DNA of 64,000 nucleotides from Daphnia carinata (Eukaryota): NCBI RefSeq assembly GCF_022539665.2, contig NC_081333.1, positions 6,572,001 to 6,636,000 of the forward strand, read 5' to 3'. Shown piece by piece: positions 12,471 to 23,930 of this stretch (position 1 is its first letter; each line of letters starts with the position of its first letter). The notes under the pieces were generated by a model. It saw only the letters and a program-made list of their open reading frames with translations, ran no database searches and was not told where the DNA came from. The position numbers and the translations under genes were made by a program.

Positions 12471-12879
12471 TATACCGGTAGAGATGAACGACTGTTTTAA
12501 AGACGATGTTAAGGAGGCCATACAAACCCACTGTGTCATTTTGTCAGGTGAGTCCCAGTTTGCAGGAAACTTTACAACCTTCTGTTGTAAAGTTTAAAAC
12601 TATCTTGTGGGACTTTTTCATTTGTGGCACTGATGGGTTTGCAAAATTTAATTTCAAGGAAGATAATGGTATTAGCTTTCTATCTTAAGTTGTTTGTGAG
12701 CAGAATAATAGCCATTTTACTGTAAACCCGGACCGTCTGATTGAATAAACAAGAAGAGAAATGAGCGAAAAGAAATGTATATTTCTGTATCGAGGACAAA
12801 ACCTGCGACAGAGTAATTCTGAAATACAATTTAACATTTAAAAAATTTTGTCACACCGAAGTGGAATAAGCGAATGGTT

Positions 12880-13871
12880 TAAAAATCTCCTCTTACATTC
12901 GGTAGAGTATCATACTCGTATGAATCTCTTTCACGAATTTCAGAGATTAGCGATGACATTTTCTGACATCTTGAATTTTGTTAGCTGCGGCGTTTGCGTT
13001 TATGTCATCCAATTGATCTACTCACAACTCTAGATACATTTTCCAATTCCCGGAAACTTGTGAACTTCCCGTGGCAAGTGAAATTCCGGCCGTCCATATC
13101 GTCCTTCAGCAGTAGCGCGATAGCCCTTTGAGAAGCACCTGTTGCGAGATAATTCTTGTCATTTCTTTGCTCTTGGATTGGGAGCTTCAAGTTGGCGAAG
13201 ACGTCAATGTCTGTTGACGTTGTTTGTTGCTTTGTATGTACCAAAACGTTTCGGAGAGCGGGACCTAGATGTCTTAGAAGGCAACTGTACAGGATGAGGC
13301 TCAGGCCGAATGCGGCTTTTTGATCGTAGGTGCCACTAGTACATAAAAATGTCGTGTCATCGACAGCGTGTTATAATGACCGCTCATGAGGCGCCTGTAA
13401 ACAGTCTCTACGTCGGTGGCAATGCATTCTCCAATACTTCGGCAAACTTTTATAAAAATTTCGAAATGGGGCGACCAGTTTCTCTTTAATGCCCGGATTT
13501 AAATGGCAGATTTCGTTTCTCGCATAGACGGCGGTGTGGATTTCCGGGCAGGAGGTGACAAGAAAATGCCCATTGATGTTATTGTAGTTACGTAGTGTCT
13601 GCATTACGTCCGCATAGTCGTAATTAATGGCCATCAGTGAAAGGATACCTTTTCGGCACAAGAAACGGCGCACTGTTGGAGTCACGTAATAGGTCAGACA
13701 GTAAATAAGGCCTCTGACTACGTATATGACGTTTTCACTTCTTACTTCTGGTAAAGCGGGCGGTAGTGCTACGAGTTGGGTTGTAGTCGCGCTTTTGGTC
13801 TCCTCTTCGGGTATTTGCGTACGTATAGTTCTTGCAGTAGTACTAGCTGGATGAATGTTTATTTTCCCCAT
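12880..13871 (-). pseudogene. Tandem two-domain HEPN-like (Swt1-type) protein gene, frameshifted, copy 1
   Basis: Reconstructed frame has two similar helical repeats with RNEICH (13503-13520) and RNFTCH (13071-13088). Frameshifts near 13480, 13370 and 13055. Confidence 0.65.
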
Positions 13872-14153
13872 CTTGGATTCTTGTGAAAAAAACTTGTCAA
13901 GAGGCAAATAAAAAACATTATAAATTTCAATATTATTGCAGCTTTTATGTAAGAGGACGAATATCTCGTCCAATCCCATGTCCAATCGTAAGTTTTCGAT
14001 ATAAAATCTATTTTCATATCATTTTTTGCTGCAAAATTAACAGGGATTATTAATGTTCCAATTTTTAGAAATGTTGTTCAATCATATTCAACCAATTTTT
14101 CTGAAAAGCAAAAACAGAATAGATCATTTAACGCATCCCTAATAGAGCTGGGC

Positions 14154-15551
14154 CAACATGGTCTCACTACATTAGTACATATGTACTAAGTAGTACATAG
14201 TTGCAGATGCACTTTTTCTTATGGGCTAAACGCGCAGAGCGTTAGCCAATTGTTTTTTGGTATTCTGTCTGCTTGTAATTTTTCCACGCGGAGGGCGCGA
14301 TAAAACGTAGTTTTCCACGCGGAAGGCGCGATAAAACGTAATTTCCACGCGGAATGTGGAAAAAGACCCTTAAAATTGTAAATTAAATGAGAACCGACGA
14401 AATAAATTTGTTTAACTTATCTTAGTTAATTTCTGTGATTTTCTATCTAAGACGGATATTAAAACTCGCTAGCCACAAACAAAATTTAAATATTTAATTA
14501 TAATTAAAATTTTTTACACCTACGTACAATTTGAACTTGGCGCGGTAAGAAAATGGCCGCCATAATGGTTTGTCAAAAACCACTTTTTCAAACGTAATTT
14601 TTGGGGTTAAATGTAGCATCTTAAAAGCAATCGTTTATAACAGCTTGTTCCTGGAATGACCAACAACAAAAATATTATAATGATTTCATATTTTGACGAA
14701 GATTAAGCATCAAACGATCAATGCAAGGTTTCGTCTTTTTGACACACCCCCTCCCCTTTCTAAAATCATAAAAGCCTTTAATAATTATTTATGAGGAAAA
14801 TAAACAGTTAAAATTGACAAATTTTGTATCAATCGATAGCTCTTTTCAACAGCTATCTATTTCTATGAAATTTATGTTAAATTTTTAGAAAAGGAAAACG
14901 TTTAAGCGTAATATCTATTTTTTGTTTTTATCAGTTGCGTCCATTACAACCTTAGATTGAAAAACAACAAAAACACATTTTGCCTTTAAGATTTTTTCTA
15001 TTTGAAAATGTTGATTACAATTACCTAAAATGGATAGCCCTTACCAAGGGCTATCGATTTATATTATATTTATATATATTAAATCAGCGACTATCGTAAT
15101 TAATTTTGCTGACAAATAATTAAAAAATTATTTCTCTTATATTCGTTTATTTCAATTACAATAACTATTGTACATATACAGTATATAATAGTAATATATA
15201 TATCATAATTGTATGTATGTATAAATATATAAATATAATTGTACGTATGTATAAATATATATATATAATTGTAATATACTGTATATATGTTTATTTATTA
15301 CATTGTAGTATTTATGTACATTATCATAGTATTGTAAATATAAATTTATATAAACCGAATTAATATTATTCGCTTCGAAAAAATTAAGACACGCGCTACA
15401 CGCATGTTTGTTTAACTGGCTTAACTTTAATGGTTTAACCATTAAAGCAACCAAATCAAAGCCCGGGGGCGACAACACACACTTTCCCCATAAAGAAAAC
15501 TGTAGGCGCGATTATGTACTAAGTAGTACATATTGCCTCGCGACCAGCCTG
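14154..15551. mobile_element. Non-autonomous hAT-like element
   Basis: 8-bp TSD AGCTGGGC (14146-14153 and 15552-15559). Imperfect TIR CAnnnTGGTC and subterminal ATGTACTAAGTAGTACAT at both ends. Absent from the paralogous site ~46205. Confidence 0.8.
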
Positions 15552-15576
15552 AGCTGGGCTTGGGTTTACCTGAGAT

Positions 15577-16097
15577 TAGGGCTCGGCCCCGATCATCTTT
15601 GATCGGGGCAAACCGGGGGTTTTCATTAAAAAATCGTCAAACCTTCGGTTCGGTTAAGCCATTTTTGACTGCGGGTTGGTTTTCGGTTTGCAACTGGGCC
15701 TAACCAGTTTGAACCGCCATTAAATTTTTTTTGTATTTTTTAGAAATTACAAGTAGACTAATTATCACTAATTGTTGTGAGCGTAGATGCGGTCAACAAC
15801 TTGTTAGAAATCAAATTTCCGATCAGATATCTAGCGACAAAATCTGTTACTGATTTATTGTTCTATGCAAACCATAAATCCGAGTTGCAAACCGTAAACC
15901 GAGGTGCAAACCGTGTAAAACCGCGGTGTGAACCGTAGTTTTAACCGCGAGTACAAACTGCGGGTACAAACCGTCAAACCGCGGTGGAATCTGCTTGTAA
16001 AAAACGGCAAACCGAACCGCACCGGTTTGCCCTTTTTAAAAAAAAAACCGCGCGGGTCGGCCAAAATCGTGCCCGATCGTCGCGGGGCCGAGCCCTA
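15577..16097. mobile_element. hAT (Ac-like) MITE
   Basis: Perfect 14-bp TIR TAGGGCTCGGCCCC, many AAACCG/CGGTTT subterminal repeats, TSD CCTGAGAT/CCAGAGAT (7/8). Absent from block B copy 2. Confidence 0.85.
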
Positions 16098-16658
16098 CCA
16101 GAGATACCTGAGATCTTGTTTCAATAACTTCGCGCATGCGCGTCTCGTTTCTTGCAATCTGGCAACGGTGCTACCTTGCTTTTAAAATTTCTAATTTTGA
16201 TAAACATCGTCTGCTGAGGTTTGTACATACCGTCTGCTACCTCTGCTAACATTTCTTAAGTATTTTTTTTTACCAAAGGTTAAATTAAATAGTTAATAAA
16301 ATTAAATTGGCGTTTATAACAGTTGTGAATCTTGTGATGTATGGTTGAACGTGCAAGAAATGTTCTAATAATAATTTTTTTTTCTAATAATAAGTTTTTA
16401 TACTAGTAGCCTTTTTCATTTATGAATGACTGTACTCTAAAGCTAATTTAGAAAATTACCAAAATTAATTACAAAATATCTAGTTATCTTGCAATTGACA
16501 CCGGATTAAGGATTCCAGTAAAATCTTCATGATATGTTTACACCATCGAAAAGAATAAGACAGTTACTTTGAATTGTGATTGACTGATGTTTGAGTTTAT
16601 TGTACTTGTATAGCATACAAATATTGTATAAATTCAAATCCTTCACATATGTGACAAA

Positions 16659-16775
16659 CGCTCTCATCTACTTGCCTACGCTTGCGAAAGATAAAGATGA
16701 CGGAAATCGAGATCCTGGAACAGTGAAGCTCTTTGGTCTCTCTAACGAGTATGGCCCAGTGGAATCGGTGGCTAA
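16659..16775 (+). pseudogene. THOC3: THOC3 3'-terminal fragment starting a truncated C unit
   Basis: ALIYLPTLAKDKDDGNRDPGTVKLFGL, essentially identical to the end of the THOC3 pseudogene copies. Confidence 0.75.
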
Positions 16776-17608
16776 GCTTCACGCGTTTTATGTATCGTTT
16801 ATTTGTTCTTACAGATTGATCTTACTCGTATCATGAATTCATTTGTCACGCCCGTGTCTTCAATTTTGTTGAAAATACATAAGATCCTTCACTTTTGTCG
16901 AAGGATATAAAAAAAGAACAGATCTCTTTAGCGGTAAAATTCTTTTTTAGAAAGCAAAAAAGAATTTTCTTTTCTTTCTTGACTCTCGGACTATTAAGGC
17001 AAGTCAAATGCAATTGAAGAAAAAATAAAAGAAATGTGAAACTGAATTGCAGAAGAAAGTCCCACCTGACCATTTACATGAACCATCGCACAGTCCTAAT
17101 CGTTTCTACTTTACTTATCATAGGTTGATAATTTCGAAGCAATCGGGACTGCAACCAGTATTCACGTCAAATTTACTTGTTTAGCGGGGGGTGGCTACTC
17201 CCTAAACCGACTTTCTTCCTACTTCAGTTTCACATTTCTTTTTTTTCCCTCGTTTTTGCGGACCTTTATGTACTATTGTAAATTGATCGAGAGCGCGAAG
17301 CGCTATCGACGATCAATTTTGATTGTATAAGAATAAGAGAGAGAGACCTGAACTGTGTCGACCTTGTATTCTACAGCTCTTTTACAGCAGACAAAAAAAA
17401 AAGGTAGTTTAGGAGGGAGGGTTGGCAACCCTTTGGCCTCAGACCTTTTCACTTCATCTGAGTTAGGTGGTCGTCGGAATCCGTCAATACCTGCCCCTGA
17501 ACTGTTGGATCCCACTTCGCCGATGATCGAATCTGCGTTTTAAAAGGGTAACAATGATTAGCTTATAAACTCATTAAATAGGAAAGCTGGGTGGGTGGGT
17601 GGATGTTA

Positions 17609-17717
17609 CAGTTCAGGTCTCTCTCTCTTATTCTTATACAATCAAAATTGATCGTCGATAGCGCTTCGCGCTCTCGATCAATTTACAATTGTAGTCGAAT
17701 GTTCGTTCGACCTGAAC
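17609..17717. repeat. DIRS internal complementary region (ICR)
   Basis: Reverse complement of 17276-17354 joined directly to the reverse complement of ~21867-21896 (junction ...AATTTACAA|TTGTAGTCGAA...). Confidence 0.9.
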
Positions 17718-17741
17718 TATGACTTTAAAGCCAACATTTGT

Positions 17742-18742
17742 TTAGTCTATGCTCAGAACGACTTCTGCTACGGAAGGTTCTTTGGGCAGATCCCTTCTGT
17801 AAAATCTCGTAAAGGTTGATTCCGAGGACCAGTGGGCTGTGTTTAGAATTGTTTGGACAGAGATGCCTGCTGCTGCTGCTTTCGAAGAAGCCGCTCCTCT
17901 TGTTGAGTGAGCCGAGAATCTGCCTGTGTCTACGCCACTTTCCTGCAGCTGTCTCTTTAACCAACCCGCTACGGTCGATCTTTCTACTGGGTTGTACGGC
18001 TTCACTGATCCCATAAAGAGATGCCTACCATTCGATTGCACGCGATACTTCTCCGTTATAGATATGTAGTGTTCCGTGCAAGATACCGGGTCAATTCGGG
18101 GGTCCGGAATTCTTTTGATAAAGAACGTTTTTAGCGCTCCTTCCTTCTGAGCCTTTCTCGGTTTTAGGAAGGAAAATTCATACCGGATTCACTTATTCTT
18201 AGATCCTCTTTCCCGATAGAAGCCACTTCCGAAGCTCGAAGGAAGGATGCTAACGCCAGAAGCGTAGCCAGTTTCCGAGCGAGGGGGCCGATAGCTAAAT
18301 CCTCGTTTTTAAGTTGGCTTAAATGGTTGGTCACTATACTGACGTCCCAGGTGAACTCGTACCTAGGTTTCGGAGGGTTTGAATTGTATATACCTTTCAT
18401 CAATTTTACAATGAGCGGGTGTTTCCCGATCTGTAGGCCATCAATTGGTTGTAAGGTAGAGGAAAGCATCGACCTATAAATATTTATTGTGCCATACGCT
18501 TTTCCTTCGAAATGGGCTTCTGACAGGAATGATAGAATATGTTTTAGGTCATTTCGAAGGGGATTTTGGTCTTGTTTACCGCACCAATTGTACCAAGCGA
18601 GCCAGGCGGACTGGTACGCATCTCTCGTGGACTCTCGTGAGCCGGCCAGCAATAATTGGCCCACTTGTTCTGGAAAGCCCTGGTCTGCATATCGTTTCCG
18701 GATAATTTCCAAGCGATTAACTGGAAATTCTTGCATTCGCAC
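17742..18742 (-). CDS. DIRS tyrosine recombinase (frameshift near 18170)
   Basis: LALASFLRASE (catalytic R), SAHSTRGAASS (HxxR), AHWSSESTFTRFY (H/W and catalytic Y). Confidence 0.9.
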
Positions 18743-20848
18743 AGGGGGTGTGGTTCCCCCGACTGGACGTAAGTAGATCCGGGCAGACGCGGAGAACTAT
18801 TGGAATGTCGGAAGCTAGCTCTAGGGCTGTTGGAAACCATGATTGGCTCGGCCAATACGGACATACTAAGATCAGTGTCGCTCTCTCTTGTCTTATCTTT
18901 GTCAGGCAGTCTTCTATGAGAGAGAATGGGGGAAAGGCATAGCCGTTGCGGCCTAGCCAGCTGAATGAGAGAGCGTCCGTCTCCGCCGCTCCCGGTTGGG
19001 GTTTCCAGCTCGAGAACGTTTCCAGTTGGGCATTCCAATGGGATGCGAATAGATCGATTGCCACTTCCCATCTCCTCCGGATCAGTTGAAACACCTCCTT
19101 CTTCAGCATCCAATCGCTCCAGTCTTTTCTCACTCTCGATTCCAGATCTGCGACACCATTACAAAACCCTGGTAAGTTGATGGCCTGCAGTGTGATGTCT
19201 CGTTCCTCACACCATCCAGCTATATCTAGCGCTATTTTGTTAAGGCTAGCCGATCTGGAACCCCAATTTTATTTATATAGGCAACTGCAGTTGAGTTGTC
19301 TAGTTTAAGCAATACGGTACTGGAACGACTTTCTTCTGCGAAACATCTTAGTGCGTAGAAGCCTGCTAAAAGTTCCAGTTCGTTTATATGCCTGGCGGTG
19401 TCGGTTGATGTCCACGGACCTCCCGTCCTTACTTTGTTACTTACTGCACCCCACCCTGAGAGAGACGCATCGGCGTAGATGGTTATGGAAGGGCTTGGGT
19501 CTATCAGTGCTTTCTTTTTCTTTAAATTATGCGATGAAGTCCACCATGACAAGTCTTCTCTAGCTTCCCGGTTCAGTGAGATTTTGGATTTTAGTTCCCC
19601 ATTGTCTAACTTGAGTCCGTTAATGTAGGTATTCTGGATATTACGGTAGTGGGCTTGGGAAAACGGGATAGCCCAAACGGCCCAGGTAAACCTTCCTAGA
19701 ACGCTGGCGATTTCTCTTAACGTTAGAGAGTCTTTTTTTAAGGCATTCTTGCACAATTTAATGATGACGTCCTGCTTCGCGTCAGGCAGTTTAAAGGAAG
19801 CAGTAGTGGAATCAATCAAAAGGCCTAAGAACTCTATTTCCTGTGTGGGGGTTGTCTGCGATTTGTCTTTATTGATAATGAAGCCAAGCGAATCCAGCAG
19901 ATTGGCGACTACCACTAACTGCCCTTTTAACGACTCCTTAGATTGGTTTAGAATTAATATATCATCCAAATAAATTATTAATCTAATTCCTCGCTGTCTT
20001 AAATACGCGACGACTGGCTTCAATAGTTTAGTAAAAGCCCAAGGGGCTGAGGAGAGGCCGAAAGGGAGACAGATGAATTGAAAGAGAGTGTTTTTCCATT
20101 TAAACTGTAAAAAACTTTGGTCCTCACTGTGGATGGGTATTGCGAGGTACGCATCTTTAAGGTCCAATTTTGCCATCCAGTCGTTATGGCGGACTACGTG
20201 TTTGATTGAGCTGACCCCTTCCATTTTGAAGTGCCTATACACAACATACGTGTTGAGCCTTTTTAAGTTAATGACGGGTCTAAAGCCCCCTGATTTCTTG
20301 GGAACGATGAATATGCCACTAACGAAACCCCTCGTTTCAACGCGTACCACCGCCCTTTTCTTAATCATGTCTTCTACTTCCTCATTACAGATTGCCCAAT
20401 GACTCGGTCCCAACGCTGCGTTATTCGGTACGTTCTCTTGCGTAGGCGTCGAGTAAAATTCCAGTCTCAGCCCATTAGAAACTAACTCAAGGATCCAAGG
20501 ATCAGCTGATATTTTGAACCAATTCATTTTGAAGGCTGATATCCTACCCCCTATCGCAACTTCCGAACCAGATGGGGAGAGCGGTCTGCCGATGTTTGAT
20601 TTAACGATAGACACGTACCTTCCCCTGTTGTTGAAGTGTCTTGGTGTCCCGGCACTCTGCTGTCGTGTTGTACTCGACTGCGCTGCGTTCTCCGCCGAGT
20701 CTAGCCGAGGGGGTGTTGGCCTCTCCCACTTGTGTGTTGTTGAACGACGAACCCTGCTGGGCATCGGTGGATTCAAAGCGATGGCTGGTGGATTGACCCG
20801 ACGGCCTATTGTTGTGCCCATCAGGATGGCGAAATTGATGTCCGCCAT
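18690..20848 (-). CDS. DIRS pol: reverse transcriptase, RNase H and adenine-methyltransferase-like domain (frameshifts near 19265 and 18760)
   Basis: KLDLKDAY, LPFGLSSAP, YLDD (RT); YADASLSGWG, HINELEL, LDNSTAVAYINK (RNase H); IDLFAS...AFPPF...PYWPSQSW (DIRS MT domain). Confidence 0.92.
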
Positions 20849-21750
20849 TGCGGTAAGGTTGCCCTGACAGGCGTTGAACCGGTTGAAGATTGCTTAGCAT
20901 GGTCTGTTGTTGTGAAGACCTCACCATAGATTTTACGAAAGATTTTCCAAAAAGAGAACTAGCCTCCTTGGTGTTAAAGTTGTCCTGATCGTCGAGGAGG
21001 TAGAGGTATGAAGGGCTAGTCTGCCTGAGTACATTCTTTCTTCGCTGTTGAGTAACCTCGTGAAAGGAATCCCCCAGCAATTGAATAGCTACACTAATCG
21101 CTTCGCGGTGAGAGTCGTCATCAAGTTTCTCATTAGACAAAAAAAGAAGTGGTTGTGCTGCCCTGGATCTTTTGCTGTACGCAGTACAAGGCCCTCTCGT
21201 TGTGATCGATCGTGTTCTTTGAAGCCGACGATCCTTTAACTTGCTTGAGGCGTTGGTAGAGAGCGTCGTCCAAGGAAGGGCATTTAAACGCGGTTGAGCG
21301 CTTTTTAAAGGAAGCCAGGTAACGCCCCTTAGTTACCTTGGAATTTGCTGCGCCTACTCCCCTAAAAAAGGGGCGTAGCAGTCTCTTTCCTCTATTCTTT
21401 GACAATTTGAATTTTACTACCGCATCCTCGTTTTTATGTCGTTTCCCTGCCCTCGGGTTTTGATCTTTCTCTTCATTCCTTGGACGCCTTTTCCTCTCTC
21501 CTTCCAATGGAACTTTTGGGTCCTGGGGAATCTCGGGAGCCGGCGAAAGGTCCCGATCTGGATCGGCTAACCCCAGGGCGTCGGCCTCTTCTTCTCTTTG
21601 AATGTCTGGAGTAACGTCCCTATGAACTAGACCGTAGGGGCTTACTCTAACTCTAGCCGTGCTGATTCTCAATCTCCTAGATGAGCCACGAGACGACACA
21701 TCACTATCACTTGAACTTTCTGAGCTGGAACTAGAGCTAGGGTCAGACAT
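20601..21750 (-). CDS. DIRS gag-like ORF1 (frameshift near 21165)
   Basis: Position upstream of and overlapping pol. Ser-rich N-terminus, FKCPSLDD, LLGDSFHEVTQQRRKNVL, LFGKSF typical of DIRS gag. Confidence 0.75.
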
Positions 21751-22914
21751 GACTATGCTGTAACAGAGCTAGAAAAGGTCTGAGGCCAAAGGGTTGCCAA
21801 CCCTCCCTCCTAAACTACCTTTTTTTTTGTCTGCTGTAAAAGAGCTGTAGAATACAAGGTCGACACAGTTCAGGTCGAACGAACATTCGACTACAATAGA
21901 GGTTGCTGCTCGCAGCATGTTTATTTCCAAATGCCCACCGTATGGCAGATGGTCCATGGCACATTCACGACATGAGCTTTTCAGGACGTGACACCTCTAT
22001 AGGGAGTGATCGACACCGCCTATTCCTACCACTCCAATGATAATAGGTCAGTAGCATCCCTTTAGTACACGAAATTAACTGCCCAAAACTCGCTGCTGCA
22101 AGTTTTGGCATTTTTCCAGCCATATTCGTTCATTAATTTAAACCTGTGGACTAAATTCACAAAATAAGCAGTGAACTATGTACACTAGGTGAATTTTGTA
22201 ATAATGGAACAATTTTTTTTTCTTTGAAGTTAAATTATACAAATAAAACGATGTTTGGCACAACAGTACAGTTTGCTATAGGGACCGTGTAAAGGTGGTC
22301 TGCCTTATTTCAGTATTGACCTAAGTTTTTATTCTATATTCTATGGAAAAATTTAGAAACAAACAAATTTCTACCTTTTTTTTGAAAAAAGTTAGTTTTA
22401 GTTTTCAAACTAGATGCCGTTACTGTGCCTTTAGTGGTTGTGTAAATAAAATTTAAGCCCGGCGAAATAAGCCCGATTTTTTTTTTGTTTTTAAGTTGAG
22501 CTTCTAACAGTCAAACTAGATGGTGCTGGTGTGCTTTTCCTGCTTGTGTAAACAAAAATTTAAACCCACCAACAAAATAAGCCCGATTTTTTAAAGTCTT
22601 TAGTGCGAGAATAAAACATCAAAGTTATTCGTTACAGTACATCAACGACTGACCTGAAGATAAAAAAATTACTGCTTTGAGATTGACATTCAACAAAGAC
22701 AATAAGGTGTGAGTTTCGACGAATTCCAAACGCTGTCGATATTTTGCAAATTTTGAGAAAAATGAGACGGGTATACCCCCCCGCTTTTTCCTTTTTCGCA
22801 AGCATTGTTTAGAACGTGTTTTACGCGTAATGGGTGCAAGTTTATAAGGTCTGGGTAATTTTCGTCAGTCTCAGGTAAGGATTCAACTTTTAACAGATGT
22901 AACTTATAATTCAG

Positions 22915-23930
22915 ATTAAGGAACAGACGTTTTCGGGACACAGTGATAGTGTTGACCAGTTATGTTGGCATGAAACCAATCCTGATTTGCTCAGCACTGC
23001 CAGTGGTGACAAAGCAATGAAAGTTTAGGATGCAAGAATAAAGAAAAACATTGCAACAGTTAACACCAAGGGTATTTCTGTTATCAAATTCAAATTTTAT
23101 TATGCTAGCTCACACCCATTTGTTTCCCATTTCTCATTCAACAGGAGAAAATATCAACATTACCTCGTCACCTGGTGGTAATTCGATCGCTGTAGGAAAT
23201 AAAGACGATCTAATCACATTTATTGATGCCAGAACTTTCAAAATAAGAATGGAGAATCTGTTCAAATTTGAAGTCAATGAAATAGAACGAAGCAAGGCCA
23301 GCAATCTGTTTTTCTTAAAGAGTGGGCAAGGCTGCATCCAGATATGAGAGTAATGGTGAATTGCTTTTTGTATTCAACCCAATTGATACTACCAATGTCT
23401 CCTCGGTCTTGTTACCCAGAGTTGACGACAGTCCACGTAACACAGGCTTACCCTGCCAAACTTGGATTTGCATCGAATTTGACCCGATTGGACGGTATTT
23501 CGCCACTGGGTCTGCTGACACCCTGGTTTCGCTGTGGGATGCCGATGAAATCGCTTGTTTGCGCACTTCCTCGAGGTACTGATAAGGCCAAATTACGCAA
23601 TGTTTTTGGATTTAGGTTATTCAGTTAATATATTGGGTGTTTTTCTTAGGTTGGATTAGCCAGTCTGCACCCTGATTTTCAGCCACAATGGATCTATGCT
23701 AGCGTCTGGGTCAGAAGACCTTTTGATCGATGTCAGCCATGTAGGCATTGATGAACGTGTAATAGCCATCCAGTGGACAGGCCTGCTTTCACGGCCGCCT
23801 GGTACACACGCTCTCATCTACTTGCCTACGCTTGCGAAAGATAAAGATGACGGAAATCGAGATCCTGGAACAGTGAAGCTCTTTGGTCTCTCTAACGAGT
23901 ATGGCCCAGTGGAATCGGTGGCTAAGCTTC
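22915..23930 (+). pseudogene. THOC3: THOC3 (Tex1) WD40 pseudogene, intron-containing, 5'-truncated
   Basis: GHSDSVDQLCWH...LSTASGDKAMKV*D (W to stop), GENINI...AVGNKDDLITFID, CIEFDPIGRYFATGSADTLVSLWD, LD*PV, LASGSEDLLID. Multiple stops and frameshifts. Confidence 0.9.

Larger units (their letters stand above)
10030..16655. repeat. Segmental duplication block B, copy 1
   Basis: Colinear with ~42560-47284 once copy-specific TE insertions are removed. Ends approximate. Confidence 0.9.
17276..21896 (-). mobile_element. Full-length DIRS1-like tyrosine-recombinase retrotransposon (~4.6 kb)
   Basis: Inverted terminal repeats (~17346-17450 vs ~21771-21875). Internal complementary region ~17609-17717 matches both outer termini. 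gag, RT/RNaseH/MT and YR frames present. Empty site TACTA|TAGAGG is seen in the paralogous C units; no TSD. Confidence 0.95.

Noticed and set aside
15165..15355. AT-rich TATA-like repeats and 91-aa Tyr/Ile ORF
   Set aside because: Low-complexity interior of a non-autonomous hAT element.
17276..17720. Large hairpin suggesting an ncRNA or miRNA precursor
   Set aside because: Explained by DIRS terminal extension and ICR complementarity.
18717..19133. Stand-alone horizontally acquired DNA methyltransferase
   Set aside because: It is the known methyltransferase-like domain of DIRS pol, separated only by a frameshift.
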